This document shows, piece after piece, positions 62,100-64,000 of a stretch of 64,000 bases of DNA. The notes beneath the pieces are model-generated. The model saw only the letters and a program-made list of their open reading frames with translations. It was not told the DNA's origin and ran no database searches. The translations under genes were made by a program, and so were the position numbers. The stretch is from positions 23,126,001 through 23,190,000 of the forward strand of contig NC_082731.1 of assembly GCF_030144855.1 (NCBI RefSeq). Reading direction: 5' to 3'. Within the stretch, counting starts at the first letter, position 1. Each line of letters starts with the position of its first letter. The stretch is from Hypanus sabinus. Its lineage: Eukaryota.

Positions 62100-64000
62100 G
62101 AAACTTGCTTCTGGAACTTTCAGTTATACATGATTTCGTCCTATATTTCACAGCAGCCGAATCATGGTATACAGCTGTGGCAATGAACTAGGAATACAGA
62201 GCGAGGATATCCTGACGAGTGAGTATAGAGAGCTTTGTAGGACGTTATAAAGCGGGAACCTGAGGGCGGTAATGTCAGTGTTTCTACCTGTGCCACGTGC
62301 CAGTGTAGTGAAGAGTACGATGCTGTGGCTGAGGAACTGGTGTAGGGGGCAGTTTTTTATTTGGATTTCAGGAACTTTGAGATCGCTTCTGAAGCAGGTG
62401 AAACCTGTACAAGGGAGATGGGATGCAACTGAACTACGGGGAAGCAAAATCCTTTCAGCGACGGCTTTAGTGCTATTGGGGAGGGTTTAAACCAGATTTT
62501 CATGGGGTTGGGAACCAGAGTGACGGAGCAGATAGTGGCGCGGGAGTGAAAATAAATTATGTTAAAAATTCATGCAGAGTCAGACATAGAAGGCTTGTGT
62601 GCGGTGGTAATAATCTCTTGAGGTGTACCTATTTTAATGCAAGAAGTACTGTGGGGAAGGCAGGTGGATTGGCACGTGGAATTATGACATTATAGCCATC
62701 AGCTAGACTTGGCTAAAGGAAAGGTAAGTCTGACAGCTTCATGTTCCAGGGTTTAGATGTTTCAGGCGTGATAAAGGCCGAAGGATGAAGAGTGGTGGTG
62801 TATTGGTATTGCGTGTCAAGAAAAATTTGTCAGCAGTGCTCAGACGAGGCAGTTTAGGCGCTTGTCTACTGAGACAGTATGGGGGGAGCTGAGAAACAGG
62901 AAATGTATGACCACATTGATGGGGGTGTACTACAGACCACCCAGTTTTCAGAGAAAATTGGAGGAGAAAATCTGCAGAGAGATAGCAGGCAAATGCAGGA
63001 AACATAAAGTTGTGATAGTAAGGGAATTTAGTTTTCCACATATTGATTGGGACACCCATACTGTTAAGGGTCCACACGGGTTAAATTTGTAAAATGTGTT
63101 CAGGAAAGTTTTCTAAATAAATATATAGAGGTACCAACTAGAGATGACACAATATTAGATCTTCTGTTAAGAAACGAGTTAGGACAGGTTACGGAATTGT
63201 GTGTAGGGAAAAACGTTGGTTCCAGTGATAATAACACCTTTAGTTTGAACTTGGTCATGGATAAAGATAGATCTGGTCCGCGGGTTAAGTTTCTAGACTG
63301 GTAAATGGACAAATTTGAAGAAATGTGAAAGGATTGAAAGAGCGTGTATAGGGACAGTTTGTTATCTGGGAAGTATTTGCTTGGTTAGTGGGAGGCATTC
63401 AAAAGAGAAATTTTGAGAGTGCGCATTTTCTATATTCCTGTCAGGATTAAAGGCAAAGTGAATCAGGATAAAGAACGTTGGTTCTTGGAGATACGGGAAC
63501 GCTGATAGAGAAGAAGACAGGGAGATATATAAAATCTATAGGAAACATGAACAAATAAGCTGCTTGCGGAGTATAAAAAAGAGCAAAACAACTTAAGAAA
63601 TAAAGTCAGGAGGGCTAATCTGAGACATGAGGTTGTTTTGGCAGTCAAGATAAAGGATAACCCTAAGGGATTCGTCAGGTATTTTAAGAGCATAAGGATA
63701 TTAAGTGATAAAATTGGTCCTCTTGAAGATCAGAGTGGTCGGCCATGGATGGAAGCAAAGGAAATCGTGGGGATCTTAAATGAATTTTTGCGACTGTGTT
63801 TACTAAGGAAGCTGGTTTGGGGTCTATGGAAATAAGGAACAAACAGGTAATGAGGTCATGGAACCTATGCAGATTAACGAGAAGGAGCTGCTTGCTGTCT
63901 TCAGACACTCAGAGTAGATAAGTTCCCAGGACCTGAAATGATATCTCTCGGACCTCGAAGGGGACTGGCCTTGATATTGCAGGGTCCCTGGCAGAAATAT
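62100..64000 (+). mobile_element. CR1 LINE (ORF1 remnant, endonuclease, start of RT), runs off the window
   Basis: VWGELRNRK...GVYYRPP, FSFPHIDW, VKIKDNPKGF, DKIGPLEDQSG, DKFPGP. Confidence 0.9.

Noticed and set aside
1-64000. rRNA, tRNA, CRISPR or operon-like features
   Set aside because: None seen; the sequence is intron- and retroelement-rich vertebrate DNA

Overview
Repeat-rich vertebrate genomic DNA. The CR1, Rex-Babar and Gypsy families resemble those of cartilaginous fishes, probably a ray (inference). The window is part of an antigen-receptor V-segment array, most like TCR alpha/delta V. One V gene has an intact leader exon, intron and open V exon (41673-42109, +), but its conserved Trp is Leu and its RSS heptamer is CGCAGTG. 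A second V exon is open, leaderless and internally frameshift-compensated, with a canonical heptamer (15538-15841, -). Reading by hand also shows about 15 further decayed leader/intron/V(/RSS) relics on both strands that the ORF track misses. At least two of these look like Ig heavy-chain V (VH/TAILV-like) rather than TCR V. No D, J or C exon was found. The V units sit in triplicated, duplicated and inverted blocks and are riddled with CR1 LINEs, Rex-Babar fragments, a full-length Gypsy element (33740-38827, AGAGA TSD), a deleted and probably chimeric Gypsy, a Gypsy pol fragment and a solo LTR. All homology calls were made by eye without databases; the weaker relics need profile-HMM confirmation.
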